From contig OZ059900.1 in the NCBI GenBank assembly GCA_964057225.1, forward strand, positions 19,344,001-19,408,000: 64,000 bases of DNA. Direction: 5' to 3'. The notes below the pieces were generated by a model, which was not told the origin of the DNA, did no database searches, and saw nothing but the letters and a program-made list of their open reading frames with translations. Every line of letters starts with the position of its first letter. Positions within the stretch are counted from its first letter, which is position 1. The stretch comes from Auanema rhodensis (Eukaryota > Animalia > Nematoda). Positions 24,501 through 38,800 of this stretch are shown here, piece by piece. Both the position numbers and the translations under genes were made by a program.

Positions 24501-27500
24501 CTCATGGGAAATACTGTGTTTTTGTATTTTTCTAGTGTTCAGCATGTGAAATGCTTCATTTTAGTATGTAACACGCTGAAATTCGTTGCATTTGACGACT
24601 CATATGAACCAAAATCGATTTAATCAATATTAGCCATAAGGGGCGTGCCCTCAGAATATGCTAATTTCCTTAATTTTCTAACCCCTGTTTTGTTGTCGTG
24701 AAAGTGGAACTAGACGTTGTAGGAACAATTTTGAGCTAGGTTTCATTGACATTGCATGAGTTTGAACACATGAAATCGTAAGTCAAAACCTTGTTTACAG
24801 CGAAATTTCCAAAAACTGGTTTTCCAGCATAATAAAATATTTCTCATGGGAAATACTGTGTTTTTGTATTTTTATAGTGTTCAGCATGTAAGATGCTTCA
24901 TTTTAGTATGTAACACGCTGAAATTCGTTGCATTTGACGACTCATATGAACAAAAATCGATTTAATCAATATTAGCCATAAGAGGCGTGCCCTCAGAATA
25001 TGCTAATTTCCTTAATTTTCTAACCCCTGTTTTTTTGTCGTGAAAGTGGAACTAGACGTTGTAATAACAATTTTGAGCTAGGTTTCATTGACATTGCATG
25101 AGTTTGAACACATGAAATCGTAAGTCAAAACCTTGTTTACAGCGAAATTTCCAAAAACTGGTTTTCCAGCATAATAAAATATTTCTCATGGGAAATACTG
25201 TGTTTTTGTATTTTTCTAGTGTTCAGCATGTGAAATGCTTCATTTTAGTATGTAACACGCTGAAATTCGTTGCATTTGACGACTCATATGAACAAAAATC
25301 GATTTAATCAATATTAGCCATAAGGGGCGTGCCCTCAGAATATGCTAATTTCCTTAATTTTCTAACCCCTGTTTTGTTGTCGTGAAAGTGGAACTAGACG
25401 TTGTAGGAACAATTTTGAGCTAGGTTTCATTGACATTGCATGAGTTTGAACACATGAAATCGTAAGTCAAAACCTTGTTTACAGCGAAATTTCCAAAAAC
25501 TGGTTTTCCAGCATAATAAAATATTTCTCATGGGAAATACTGTGTTTTTGTATTTTTCTAGTGTTCAGCATGTAAAATGCTTCATTTTAGTATGTAACAC
25601 GCTGAAATTCGTTGCATTTGACGACTCATATGAACAAAAATCGATTTAATCAATATTAGCCATAAGAGGCGTGCCCTCAGAATATGCTAATTTCCTTAAT
25701 TTTCTAACCCCTGTTTTTTTGTCGTGAAAGTGGAACTAGACGTTGTAGGAACAGTTTTGAGCTAGGTTTCATTGACATTGCATGAGTTTGAACACATGAA
25801 ATCGTAAGTCAAAACCTTGTTTACAGCGAAATTTCCAAAAAGTGGTTTTCCAGCATAATAAAATATTTCTCATGGGAAATACTGTGTTTTTGTATTTTTC
25901 TAGTGTTCAGCATGTAAAATGCTTCATTTAAGTATGTGACACGCTGAAATTCGTTGCATTTGACGACTCATATGAACAAAAATCGATTTAATCAATATTA
26001 GCCATAAGGGGCGTGCCCTCAGATTATGCTAATTTCCTTAATTTTCTAACCCCTGTTTTTTGTCGTGAAAGTGGAACTAGACGTTGTAGGAACAATTTTG
26101 AGCTAGGTTTCATTGACATTGCATGAGTTTGAACACATGAAATCGTAAGTCAAAACCTTGTTTACAGCGAAATTTCCAAAAACTGGTTTTCCAGCATAAT
26201 AAAATATTTCTCATGGGAAATACTGTGTTTTTGTATTTTTCTAGTGTTCAGCATGCAAAATACTTCATTTTAGTATGTAACACGCTGAAATTCGTTGCAT
26301 TTGACGACTCATATGAACAAAAATCGATTTAATCAATATTAGCCATAAGGGGCGTGCCCTCAGAATATGCTAATTTCCTAAATTTTCTAACCCCTGTTTT
26401 TTTGTCGTGAAAGTGGAACTAGACGTTGTACGAACAATTTTGAGCTAGGTTTCATTGACATTGCATGAGTTTGAACACATGAAATCGTAAGTCAAAACCT
26501 TGTTTACAGCGAAATTTCCAAAAACTGGTTTTCCAGCATAATAAAATATTTCTCATGGGAAAAACTGTGTTTTTGTATTTTTCTAGTGTTCAGCATGTAA
26601 AATGCTTCATTTTAGTATGTAACACGCTGAAATTCGTTGCATTTGACGACTCATATGAACAAAAATCGATTTAATCAATATTAGCCATAAGAGGCGTGCC
26701 CTCAGAATATGCTAATTTCCTTAATTTTCTAACCCCTGTTTTTTTGTCGTGAAAGTGGAACTAGACGTTGTAGGAACAATTTTGAGCTAGATTTCTTTGA
26801 CATTGCATGAGTTTGAACACATGAAATCGTAAGTCAAAACCTTGTTTACAGCGAAAATTCCAAAAACTGGTTTTCCAGCATAATAAAATATTTCTCATGG
26901 GAAATACTGTGTTTTTGTATTTTTCTAGTGTTCAGCATGTAAAATGCTTCATTTAAGTATGTGACACGCTGAAATTCGTTGCATTTGACGACTCATATGA
27001 ACAAAAATCGATTTAATCAATATTAGCCATAAGGGGCGTGCCCTCAGATTATGCTAATTTCCTTAATTTTCTAACCCCTGTTTTTTGTCGTGAAAGTGGA
27101 ACTAGACGTTGTAGGAACAATTTTGAGCTAGGTTTCATTGACATTGCATGAGTTTGAACACATGAAATCGTAAGTCAAAACCTTGTTTACAGCGAAATTT
27201 CCAAAAACTGGTTTTCCAGCATAATAAAATATTTCTCATGGGAAATACTGTGTTTTTGTATTTTTCTAGTGTTCAGCATGCAAAATACTTCATTTTAGTA
27301 TGTAACACGCTGAAATTCGTTGCATTTGACGACTCATATGAACAAAAATCGATTTAATCAATATTAGCCATAAGGGGCGTGCCCTCAGAATATGCTAATT
27401 TCCTAAATTTTCTAACCCCTGTTTTTTTGTCGTGAAAGTGGAACTAGACGTTGTACGAACAATTTTGAGCTAGGTTTCATTGACATTGCATGAGTTTGAA

Positions 27501-29849
27501 CACATGAAATCGTAAGTCAAAACCTTGTTTACAGCGAAATTTCCAAAAACTGGTTTTCCAGCATAATAAAATATTTCTCATGGGAAAAACTGTGTTTTTG
27601 TATTTTTCTAGTGTTCAGCATGTAAAATGCTTCATTTTAGTATGTAACACGCTGAAATTCGTTGCATTTGACGACTCATATGAACAAAAATCGATTTAAT
27701 CAATATTAGCCATAAGAGGCGTGCCCTCAGAATATGCTAATTTCCTTAATTTTCTAACCCCTGTTTTTTTGTCGTGAAAGTGGAACTAGACGTTGTACGA
27801 ACAATTTTGAGCTAGGTTTCATTGACATTGCATGAGTTTGAACACATGAAATCGTAAGTCAAAACCTTGTTTACAGCGAAATTTCCAAAAACTGGTTTTC
27901 CAGCATAATAAAATATTTCTCATGGGAAATACTGTGTTTTTGTATTTTTATAGTGTTCAGCATGTAAAATGTTTCATTTTAGTATGTAACACGCTGAAAT
28001 TCGTTGCATTTGACGACTCATATGAACAAAAATCGATTTAATCAATATAAGCCATAAAGGGCGTGCCCTCAGAATATGCTAATTTCCTTAATTTTCTAAC
28101 CACTGTTTTTTTGTCGTGAAAGTGGAACTAGACGTTGTAGGAACAATTTTGAGCTAGGTTTCATTGACATTGCATGAGTTTGAACACATGAAATCGTAAG
28201 TCAAAACCTTGTTTACAGCGAAATTTCCAAAAACTCGTTTTCCAGCATAATAAAATATTTCTCATGGGAAATACTGTGTTTTTGTATTTTTTTAGTGTTC
28301 AGCATGTAAAATGCTTCATTTTAGTATGTAACACGCTGAAATTAATTGCATTTGACGACTCATATGAACAAAAATCGATTTAATCAATATTAGCCATAAG
28401 GGGCGTGCCCTCAGAATATGCTAATTTCCTTAATTTTCTAACCCCTGTTTTTTTGTCGTGAAAGTGGAACTAGACGTTGTACGAACAATTTTGAGCTAGG
28501 TTTCATTGACATTGCATGAGTTTGAACACATGAAATCGTAAGTCAAAACCTTGTTTACAGCGAAATTTCCAAAAACTGGTTTTCCAGCATAATAAAATAT
28601 TTCTCATGGGAAATACTGTGTTTTTGTATTTTTCTAGTGTTCAGCATGTGAAATGCTTCATTTTAGTATGTAACACGCTGAAATTCGTTGCATTTGACGA
28701 CTCATATGAACCAAAATCGATTTAATCAATATTAGCCATAAGGGGCGTGCCCTCAGAATATGCTAATTTCCTTAATTTTCTAACCCCTGTTTTGTTGTCG
28801 TGAAAGTGGAACTAGACGTTGTAGGAACAATTTTGAGCTAGGTTTCATTGACATTGCATGAGTTTGAACACATGAAATCGTAAGTCAAAACCTTGTTTAC
28901 AGCGAAATTTCCAAAAACTGGTTTTCCAGCATAATAAAATATTTCTCATGGGAAATACTGTGTTTTTGTATTTTTATAGTGTTCAGCATGTAAGATGCTT
29001 CATTTTAGTATGTAACACGCTGAAATTCGTTGCATTTGACGACTCATATGAACAAAAATCGATTTAATCAATATTAGCCATAAGAGGCGTGCCCTCAGAA
29101 TATGCTAATTTCCTTAATTTTCTAACCCCTGTTTTTTTGTCGTGAAAGTGGAACTAGACGTTGTAATAACAATTTTGAGCTAGGTTTCATTGACATTGCA
29201 TGAGTTTGAACACATGAAATCGTAAGTCAAAACCTTGTTTACAGCGAAATTTCCAAAAACTGGTTTTCCAGCATAATAAAATATTTCTCATGGGAAATAC
29301 TGTGTTTTTGTATTTTTCTAGTGTTCAGCATGTGAAATGCTTCATTTTAGTATGTAACACGCTGAAATTCGTTGCATTTGACGACTCATATGAACAAAAA
29401 TCGATTTAATCAATATTAGCCATAAGGGGCGTGCCCTCAGAATATGCTAATTTCCTTAATTTTCTAACCCCTGTTTTGTTGTCGTGAAAGTGGAACTAGA
29501 CGTTGTAGGAACAATTTTGAGCTAGGTTTCATTGACATTGCATGAGTTTGAACACATGAAATCGTAAGTCAAAACCTTGTTTACAGCGAAATTTCCAAAA
29601 ACTGGTTTTCCAGCATAATAAAATATTTCTCATGGGAAATACTGTGTTTTTGTATTTTTCTAGTGTTCAGCATGTAAAATGCTTCATTTTAGTATGTAAC
29701 ACGCTGAAATTCGTTGCATTTGACGACTCATATGAACAAAAATCGATTTAATCAATATTAGCCATAAGAGGCGTGCCCTCAGAATATGCTAATTTCCTTA
29801 ATTTTCTAACCCCTGTTTTTTTGTCGTGAAAGTGGAACTAGACGTTGTA
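21570..29849 (-). repeat. 12-monomer (4102-bp) higher-order tandem duplication
   Basis: Private variants recur at exactly 4102 bp: TTCTTTGAC 22691/26793, CAATATAAGC 23941/28043, AGATGC 24891/28993. Boundaries are approximate. Confidence 0.9.
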
Positions 29850-32800
29850 ATAACAATTTTGAGCTAGGTTTCATTGACATTGCATGAGTTTGAACACATG
29901 AAATCGTAAGTCAAAACCTTGTTTACAGCGAAATTTCCAAAAACTGGTTTTCCAGCATAATAAAATATTTCTCATGGGAAATACTGTGTTTTTGTATTTT
30001 TCTAGTGTTCAGCATGTGAAATGCTTCATTTTAGTATGTAACACGCTGAAATTCGTTGCATTTGACGACTCATATGAACAAAAATCGATTTAATCAATAT
30101 TAGCCATAAGGGGCGTGCCCTCAGAATATGCTAATTTCCTTAACTTTCTAACCCCTGTTTTGTTGTCGTGAAAGTGGAACTAGACGTTGTAGGAACAATT
30201 TTGAGCTAGGTTTCATTGACATTGCATGAGTTTGAACACATGAAATCGTAAGTCAAAACCTTGTTTACAGCGAAATTTCCAAAAACTGGTTTTCCAGCAT
30301 AATAAAATATTTCTCATGGGAAATACTGTGTTTTTGTATTTTTCTAGTGTTCAGCATGTAAAATGCTTCATTTTAGTATGTAACACGCTGAAATTCGTTT
30401 CATTTGACGACTCATATGAACAAAAATCGATTTAATCAATATTAGCCATAAGGGGCGTGCCCTCAGAATATGCTAATTTCCTTAATTTTCTAACCCCTGT
30501 TTTTTTGTCGTGAAAGTGGAACTAGACGTTGTAGGAACAATTTTGAGCTAGGTTTCATTGACATTGCATGAGTTTGAACACATGAAATCGTAAGTCAAAA
30601 CCTTGTTTACAGCGAAATTTCCAAAAACTGGTTTTCCAGCATAATAAAATATTTCTCATGGGAAATACTGTGTTTTTGTATTTTTATAGTGTTCAGCATG
30701 TAAAATGTTTCATTTTAGTATGTAACACGCTGAAATTCGTTGCATTTGACGACTCATATGAACAAAAATCGATTTAATCAATATTAGCCATAAAGGGCGT
30801 GCCCTCAGAATATGCTAATTTCCTTAATTTTCTAACCCCTGTTTTGTTGTCGTGAAAGTGGAACTAGACGTTGTAGGAACAATTTTGAGCTAGGTTTCAT
30901 TGACATTGCATGAGTTTGAACACATGAAATCGTAAGTCAAAACCTTGTTTACAGCGAACTTTCCAAAAACTGGTTTTCCAGCATAATAAAATATTTCTTA
31001 TGGGAAATACTGTGTTTTTGTATTTTTCTAGTGTTCAGCATGTGAAATGCTTCATTTTAGTATGTAACACGCTGAAATTCGTTGCATTTGACGACTCATA
31101 TGAACAAAAATCGATTTAATCAATATTAGCCATAAGGGGCGTGCCCTCAGAATATGCTAATTTCCTTAATTTTCTAACCCCTGTTTTTTGTCGTGAAAGT
31201 GGAACTAGACGTTGTAGGAACAATTTTGAGCTAGGTTTCATTGACATTGCATGAGTTTGAACACATGAAATCGTAAGTCAAAACCTTGTTTACAGCGAAA
31301 TTTCCAAAAACTGGTTTTCCAGCATAATAAAATATTTCTCATGGGAAATACTGTGTTTTTGTATTTTTATAGTGTTCAGCATGTAAAATGCTTCATTTTA
31401 GTATGTAACACGCTGAAATTCGTTGCATTTGACGACTCATATGAACAAAAATCGATTTAATCAATATTAGCCATAAGAGGCGTGCCCTCAGAATATGCTA
31501 ATTTCCTTAATTTTCTAACCCCTGTTTTTTTGTCGTGAAAGTGGAACTAGACGTTGTAATAACAATTTTGAGCTAGGTTTCATTGACATTGCATGAGTTT
31601 GAACACATGAAATCGTAAGTCAAAACCTTGTTTACAGCGAAATTTCCAAAAACTGGTTTTCCAGCATAATAAAATATTTCTCATGGGAAATACTGTGTTT
31701 TTGTATTTTTCTAGTGTTCAGCATGTGAAATGCTTCATTTTAGTATGTAACACGCTGAAATTCGTTGCATTTGACGACTCATATGAACAAAAATCGATTT
31801 AATCAATATTAGCCATAAGGGGCGTGCCCTCAGAATATGCTAATTTCCTTAATTTTCTAACCCCTGTTTTGTTGTCGTGAAAGTGGAACTAGACGTTGTA
31901 GGAACAATTTTGAGCTAGGTTTCATTGACATTGCATGAGTTTGAACACATGAAATCGTAAGTCAAAACCTTGTTTACAGCGAAATTTCCAAAAACTGGTT
32001 TTCCAGCATAATAAAATATTTCTCATGGGAAATACTGTGTTTTTGTATTTTTCTAGTGTTCAGCATGTAAAATGCTTCATTTTAGTATGTAACACGCTGA
32101 AATTCGTTTCATTTGACGACTCATATGAACAAAAATCGATTTAATCAATATTAGCCATAAGGGGCGTGCCCTCAGAATATGCTAATTTCCTTAATTTTCT
32201 AACCCCTGTTTTTTTGTCGTGAAAGTGGAACTAGACGTTGTAGGAACAATTTTGAGCTAGGTTTCATTGACATTGCATGAGTTTGAACACATGAAATCGT
32301 AAGTCAAAACCTTGTTTACAGCGAAATTTCCAAAAACTGGTTTTCCAGCATAATAAAATATTTCTCATGGGAAATACTGTGTTTTTGTATTTTTATAGTG
32401 TTCAGCATGTAAAATGTTTCATTTTAGTATGTAACACGCTGAAATTCGTTGCATTTGACGACTCATATGAACAAAAATCGATTTAATCAATATTAGCCAT
32501 AAAGGGCGTGCCCTCAGAATATGCTAATTTCCTTAATTTTCTAACCCCTGTTTTGTTGTCGTGAAAGTGGAACTAGACGTTGTAGGAACAATTTTGAGCT
32601 AGGTTTCATTGACATTGCATGAGTTTGAACACATGAAATCGTAAGTCAAAACCTTGTTTACAGCGAACTTTCCAAAAACTGGTTTTCCAGCATAATAAAA
32701 TATTTCTTATGGGAAATACTGTGTTTTTGTATTTTTCTAGTGTTCAGCATGTGAAATGCTTCATTTTAGTATGTAACACGCTGAAATTCGTTGCATTTGA

Positions 32801-35800
32801 CGACTCATATGAACAAAAATCGATTTAATCAATATTAGCCATAAGGGGCGTGCCCTCAGAATATGCTAATTTCCTTAATTTTCTAACCCCTGTTTTGTTG
32901 TCGTGAAAGTGGAACTAGACGTTGTAGGAACAATTTTGAGCTAGGTTTCATTGACATTGCATGAGTTTGAACACATGAAATCGTAAGTCAAAACCTTGTT
33001 TACAGCGAAATTTCCAAAAACTGGTTTTCCAGCATAATAAAATATTTCTCATGGGAAATACTGTGTTTTTGTATTTTTCTAGTGTTCAGCATGTAAAATG
33101 CTTCATTTTAGTATGTAACACGCTGAAATTCGTTGCATTTGACGACTCATATGAACAAAAATCGATTTAATCAATATTAGCCATAAGGGGCGTGCCCTCA
33201 GAATATGCTAATTTCCTTAATTTTCTAACCCCTGTTTTTTGTCGTGAAAGTGGAACTAGACGTTGTAGGAACAATTTTGAGCTAGGTTTCATTGACATTG
33301 CATGAGTTTGAACACATGAAATCGTAAGTCAAAACCTTGTTTACAGCGAAATTTCCAAAAACTGGTTTTCCAGCATAATAAAATATTTCTCATGGGAAAT
33401 ACTGTGTTTTTGTATTTTTATAGTGTTCAGCATGTAAAATGCTTCATTTTAGTATGTAACACGCTGAAATTCGTTGCATTTGACGACTCATATGAACAAA
33501 AATCGATTTAATCAATATTAGCCATAAGGGGCGTGCCCTCAGAATATGCTAATTTCCTTAATTTTCTAACCCCTGTTTTTTTGTCGTGAAAGTGGAATTA
33601 GACGTTGTAGGAACAATTTTGAGCTAGGTTTCATTGACATTGCATGAGTTTGAACACATGAAATCGTAAGTCAAAACCTTGTTTACAGCGAAACTTCCAA
33701 AAACTGGTTTTCCAGCATAATAAAATATTTCTCATGGGAAATACTGTGTTTTTGTATTTTTATGGTGTTCAGCATGTAAAATGCTTCATTTTAGTATGTA
33801 GCACGCTGAAATTCGTTGCATTTGACGACTCATATGAACAAAAATCGATTTAATCAATATTAGCCATAAGGGTCGTGCCCTCAGAATATGCTAATTTCCT
33901 TAATTTTCTAACCCCTGTTTTTTTGTCGTGAAAGTGGAACTAGACGTTGTAGGAACAGTTTTGAGCTAGGTTTCATTGACATTGCATGAGTTTGAACACA
34001 TGAAATCGTAAGTCAAAACCTTGTTTACAGCGAAATTTCCAAAAAGTGGTTTTCCAGCATAATAAAATATTTCTCATGGGAAATACTGTGTTTTTGTATT
34101 TTTCTAGTGTTCAGCATGTAAAATGCTTCATTTAAGTATGTGACACGCTGAAATTCGTTGCATTTGACGACTCATATGAACAAAAATCGATTTAATCAAT
34201 ATTAGCCATAAGGGGCGTGCCCTCAGATTATGCTAATTTCCTTAATTTTCTAACCCCTGTTTTTTGTCGTGAAAGTGGAACTAGACGTTGTAGGAACAAT
34301 TTTGAGCTAGGTTTCATTGACATTGCATGAGTTTGAACACATGAAATCGTAAGTCAAAACCTTGTTTACAGCGAAATTTCCAAAAACTGGTTTTCCAGCA
34401 TAATAAAATATTTCTCATGGGAAATACTGTGTTTTTGTATTTTTCTAGTGTTCAGCATGCAAAATACTTCATTTTAGTATGTAACACGCTGAAATTCGTT
34501 GCATTTGACGACTCATATGAACAAAAATCGATTTAATCAATATTAGCCATAAGGGGCGTGCCCTCAGAATATGCTAATTTCCTAAATTTTCTAACCCCTG
34601 TTTTTTTGTCGTGAAAGTGGAACTAGACGTTGTACGAACAATTTTGAGCTAGGTTTCATTGACATTGCATGAGTTTGAACACATGAAATCGTAAGTCAAA
34701 ACCTTGTTTACAGCGAAATTTCCAAAAACTGGTTTTCCAGCATAATAAAATATTTCTCATGGGAAAAACTGTGTTTTTGTATTTTTCTAGTGTTCAGCAT
34801 GTAAAATGCTTCATTTTAGTATGTAACACGCTGAAATTCGTTGCATTTGACGACTCATATGAACAAAAATCGATTTAATCAATATTAGCCATAAGAGGCG
34901 TGCCCTCAGAATATGCTAATTTCCTTAATTTTCTAACCCCTGTTTTTTTGTCGTGAAAGTGGAACTATACGTTGTACGAACAATTTTGAGCTAGGTTTCA
35001 TTGACATTGCATGAGTTTGAACACATGAAATCGTAAGTCAAAACCTTGTTTACAGCGAAAATTCCAAAAACTGGTTTCCAGTATAATAAAATATTTCTCA
35101 TGGGAAATACTGTGTTTTTGTATTTTTCTAGTGTTCAGCATGTAAAATGCTTCATTTAAGTATGTAACACGCTGAAATTCGTTGCATTTGACTACTCATA
35201 TGAACAAAAATCGATTTAATCAATATTAGCCATAAGGGGCGTGCCCTCAGAATATGCTAATTTCCTTAATTTTCTAACCCCTGTTTTTTTGTCGTGAAAG
35301 TGGAACTAGACGTTGTACAAACAATTTTGAGCTAGGTTTCATTGACATTGCATGAGTTTGAACACATGAAATCGTAAGTCAAAACCTTGTTTACAGCGAA
35401 ATTTCCAAAAACTGGTTTTCCAGCATAATAAAATATTTCTCATGGGAAATACTGTGTTTTTGTATTTTTCTAGTGTTCAGCATGTAAAATGCTTCATTTT
35501 AGTATGTAACACGCTGAAATTCGTTGCATTTGACGACTCATATGAACAAAAATCGATTTAATCAATATTAGCCATAAGGGGCGTGCCCTCAGAATATGCT
35601 AATTTCCTTAATTTTCTAACCCCTGTTTTTTTGTCGTGAAAGTGGAACTAGACGTTGTACGAACAATTTTGAGCTAGGTTTCATTGACATTGCATGAGTT
35701 TGAACACATGAAATTGTAAGTCAAAACCTTGTTTACAGCGAAAATTCCAAAAACTGGTTTCCAGTATAATAAAATATTTCTCATGGGAAATACTGTGTTT

Positions 35801-38800
35801 TTGTATTTTTCTAGTGTTCAGCATGTAAAATGCTTCATTTAAGTATGTAACACGCTGAAATTCGTTGCATTTGACTACTCATATGAACAAAAATCGATTT
35901 AATCAATATTAGCCATAAGGGGCGTGCCCTCAGAATATGCTAATTTCCTTAATTTTCTAACCCCTGTTTTTTTGTCGTGAAAGTGGAACTAGACGTTGTA
36001 CAAACAATTTTGAGCTAGGTTTCATTGACATTGCATGAGTTTGAACACATGAAATCGTAAGTCAAAACCTTGTTTACAGCGAAATTTCCAAAAACTGGTT
36101 TTCCAGCATAATAAAATATTTCTCATGGGAAATACTGTGTTTTTGTATTTTTCTAGTGTTCAGCATGTAAAATACTTCATTTTAGTATGTAACACGCTAA
36201 AATATGTTGCATTTGACGACTCATATGAACAAACATCGATTTAATCAATATTAGCCATAAGGGGCGTGCCCTCAGAATATGCTAATTTCCTTAATTTTCT
36301 AACCCCTGTTTTTTTGTCGTGAAAGTGTAACTAGACGTTGTACGAACAATTTTGAGCTCGGTTTCATTGACATTGCATGAGTTTGAACACATGAAATCGT
36401 AAGTCAAAACCTTGTTTACAGCGAAATTTCCAAAAACTGGTTTTCCAGCATAATAAAATATTTCTTATGGGAAATACTGTGTTTTTGTATTTTTCTAGTG
36501 TTCAGCATGTAAAATACTTCATTTTAGTATGTAACACGCTGAAATTCGTTGCATTTGACGACTCATATGAACAAAAATCGATTTAATCAATATTAGCCAT
36601 AAGGGGCGTGCCCTCAGAATATGCTAATTTCCTAAATTTTCTAACCCCTGTTTTTTTGTCGTGAAAGTGGAACTAGACGTTGTACGAACAGTTTTGAGCT
36701 AGGTTTCATTGACATTGCATGAGTTTGAACACATGAAATCGTAAGTCAAAACCTTGTTTACAGCGAAATTTCCAAAAACTGGTTTTCCAGCATAATAAAA
36801 TATTTCTCATGGGAAAAACTGTGTTTTTGTATTTTTCTAGTGTTCAGCATGTAAAATGCTTCATTTTAGTATGTAACACGCTGAAATTCGTTGCATTTGA
36901 CGACTCATATGAACAAAAATCGATTTAATCAATATTAGCCATAAGGGGCGTGCCCTCAGAATATGCTAATTTCCTAAATTTTCTAACCCCTGTTTTTTTG
37001 TCGTGAAAGTGGAACTAGACGTTGTACGAACAGTTTTGAGCTAGGTTTCATTGACATTGCATGAGTTTGAACACATGAAATCGTAAGTCAAAACCTTGTT
37101 TACAGCGAAAATTCCAAAAACTGGTTTCCAGTATAATAAAATATTTCTCATGGGAAATACTGTGTTTTTGTATTTTTCTAGTGTTCAGCATGTAAAATGC
37201 TTCATTTAAGTATGTAACACGCTGAAATTCGTTGCATTTGACGACTCATATGAACAAAAATCGATTTAATCAATATTAGCCATAAGGGGCGTGCCCTCAG
37301 AATATGCTAATTTCCTTAATTTTCTAACCCCTGTTTTTTTGTCGTGAAAGTGGAACTAGACGTTGTACGAACAATTTTGAGCTAGGTTTCATTGACATTG
37401 CATGAGTTTGAACACATGAAATCGTAAGTCAAAACCTTGTTTACAGCGAACTTTCCAAAAACTGGTTTTCCAGCATAATAAAATATTTCTCATGGGAAAT
37501 ACTGTGTTTTTGTATTTTTCTAGTGTTCAGCATGTGAAATGCTTCATTTTAGTATGTAACAGGCTGAAATTCGTTGCATTTGACGACTCATATGAACAAA
37601 AATCGATTTAATCAATATTAGCCATAAGGGGCGTGCCCTCAGAATATGCTAATTTCCTTAATTTTCTAACCCCTGTTTTGTTGTCGTGAAAGTGGAACTA
37701 GACGTTGTAGGAACAATTTTGAGCTAGGTTTCATTGACATTGCATGAGTTTGAACACATGAAATCGTAAGTCAAAACCTTGTTTACAGCGAAATTTCCAA
37801 AAACTGGTTTTCCAGCATAATAAAATATTTCTCATGGGAAATACTGTGTTTTTGTATTTTTCTAGTGTTCAGCATGTAAAATGCTTCATTTTAGTATGTA
37901 ACACGCTGAAATTCGTTGCATTTGACGACTCATATGAACAAAAATCGATTTAATCAATATTAGCCATAAGGGGCGTGCCCTCAGAATATGCTAATTTCCT
38001 TAATTTTCTAACCCCTGTTTTTTGTCGTGAAAGTGGAACTAGACGTTGTAGGAACAATTTTGAGCTAGGTTTCATTGACATTGCATGAGTTTGAACACAT
38101 GAAATCGTAAGTCAAAACCTTGTTTACAGCGAAATTTCCAAAAACTGGTTTTCCAGCATAATAAAATATTTCTCATGGGAAATACTGTGTTTTTGTATTT
38201 TTATAGTGTTCAGCATGTAAAATGCTTCATTTTAGTATGTAACACGCTGAAATTCGTTGCATTTGACGACTCATATGAACAAAAATCGATTTAATCAATA
38301 TTAGCCATAAGGGGCGTGCCCTCAGAATATGCTAATTTCCTTAATTTTCTAACCCCTGTTTTTTTGTCGTGAAAGTGGAATTAGACGTTGTAGGAACAAT
38401 TTTGAGCTAGGTTTCATTGACATTGCATGAGTTTGAACACATGAAATCGTAAGTCAAAACCTTGTTTACAGCGAAACTTCCAAAAACTGGTTTTCCAGCA
38501 TAATAAAATATTTCTCATGGGAAATACTGTGTTTTTGTATTTTTCTAGTGTTCAGCATGTAAAATGATTCATTTTAGTATGTAACACGCTGAAATTCGTT
38601 GCATTTGACGACTCATATGAACAAAAATCGATTTAATCAATATTAGCCATAAGGGGCGTGCCCTCAGAATATGCTAATTTCCTTAATTTTCTAACCCCTG
38701 TTTTTTTGTCGTGAAAGTGGAACTAGACGTTGTACGAACAATTTTGAGCTAGGTTTCATTGACATTGCATGAGTTTGAACACATGAAATTGTAAGTCAAA

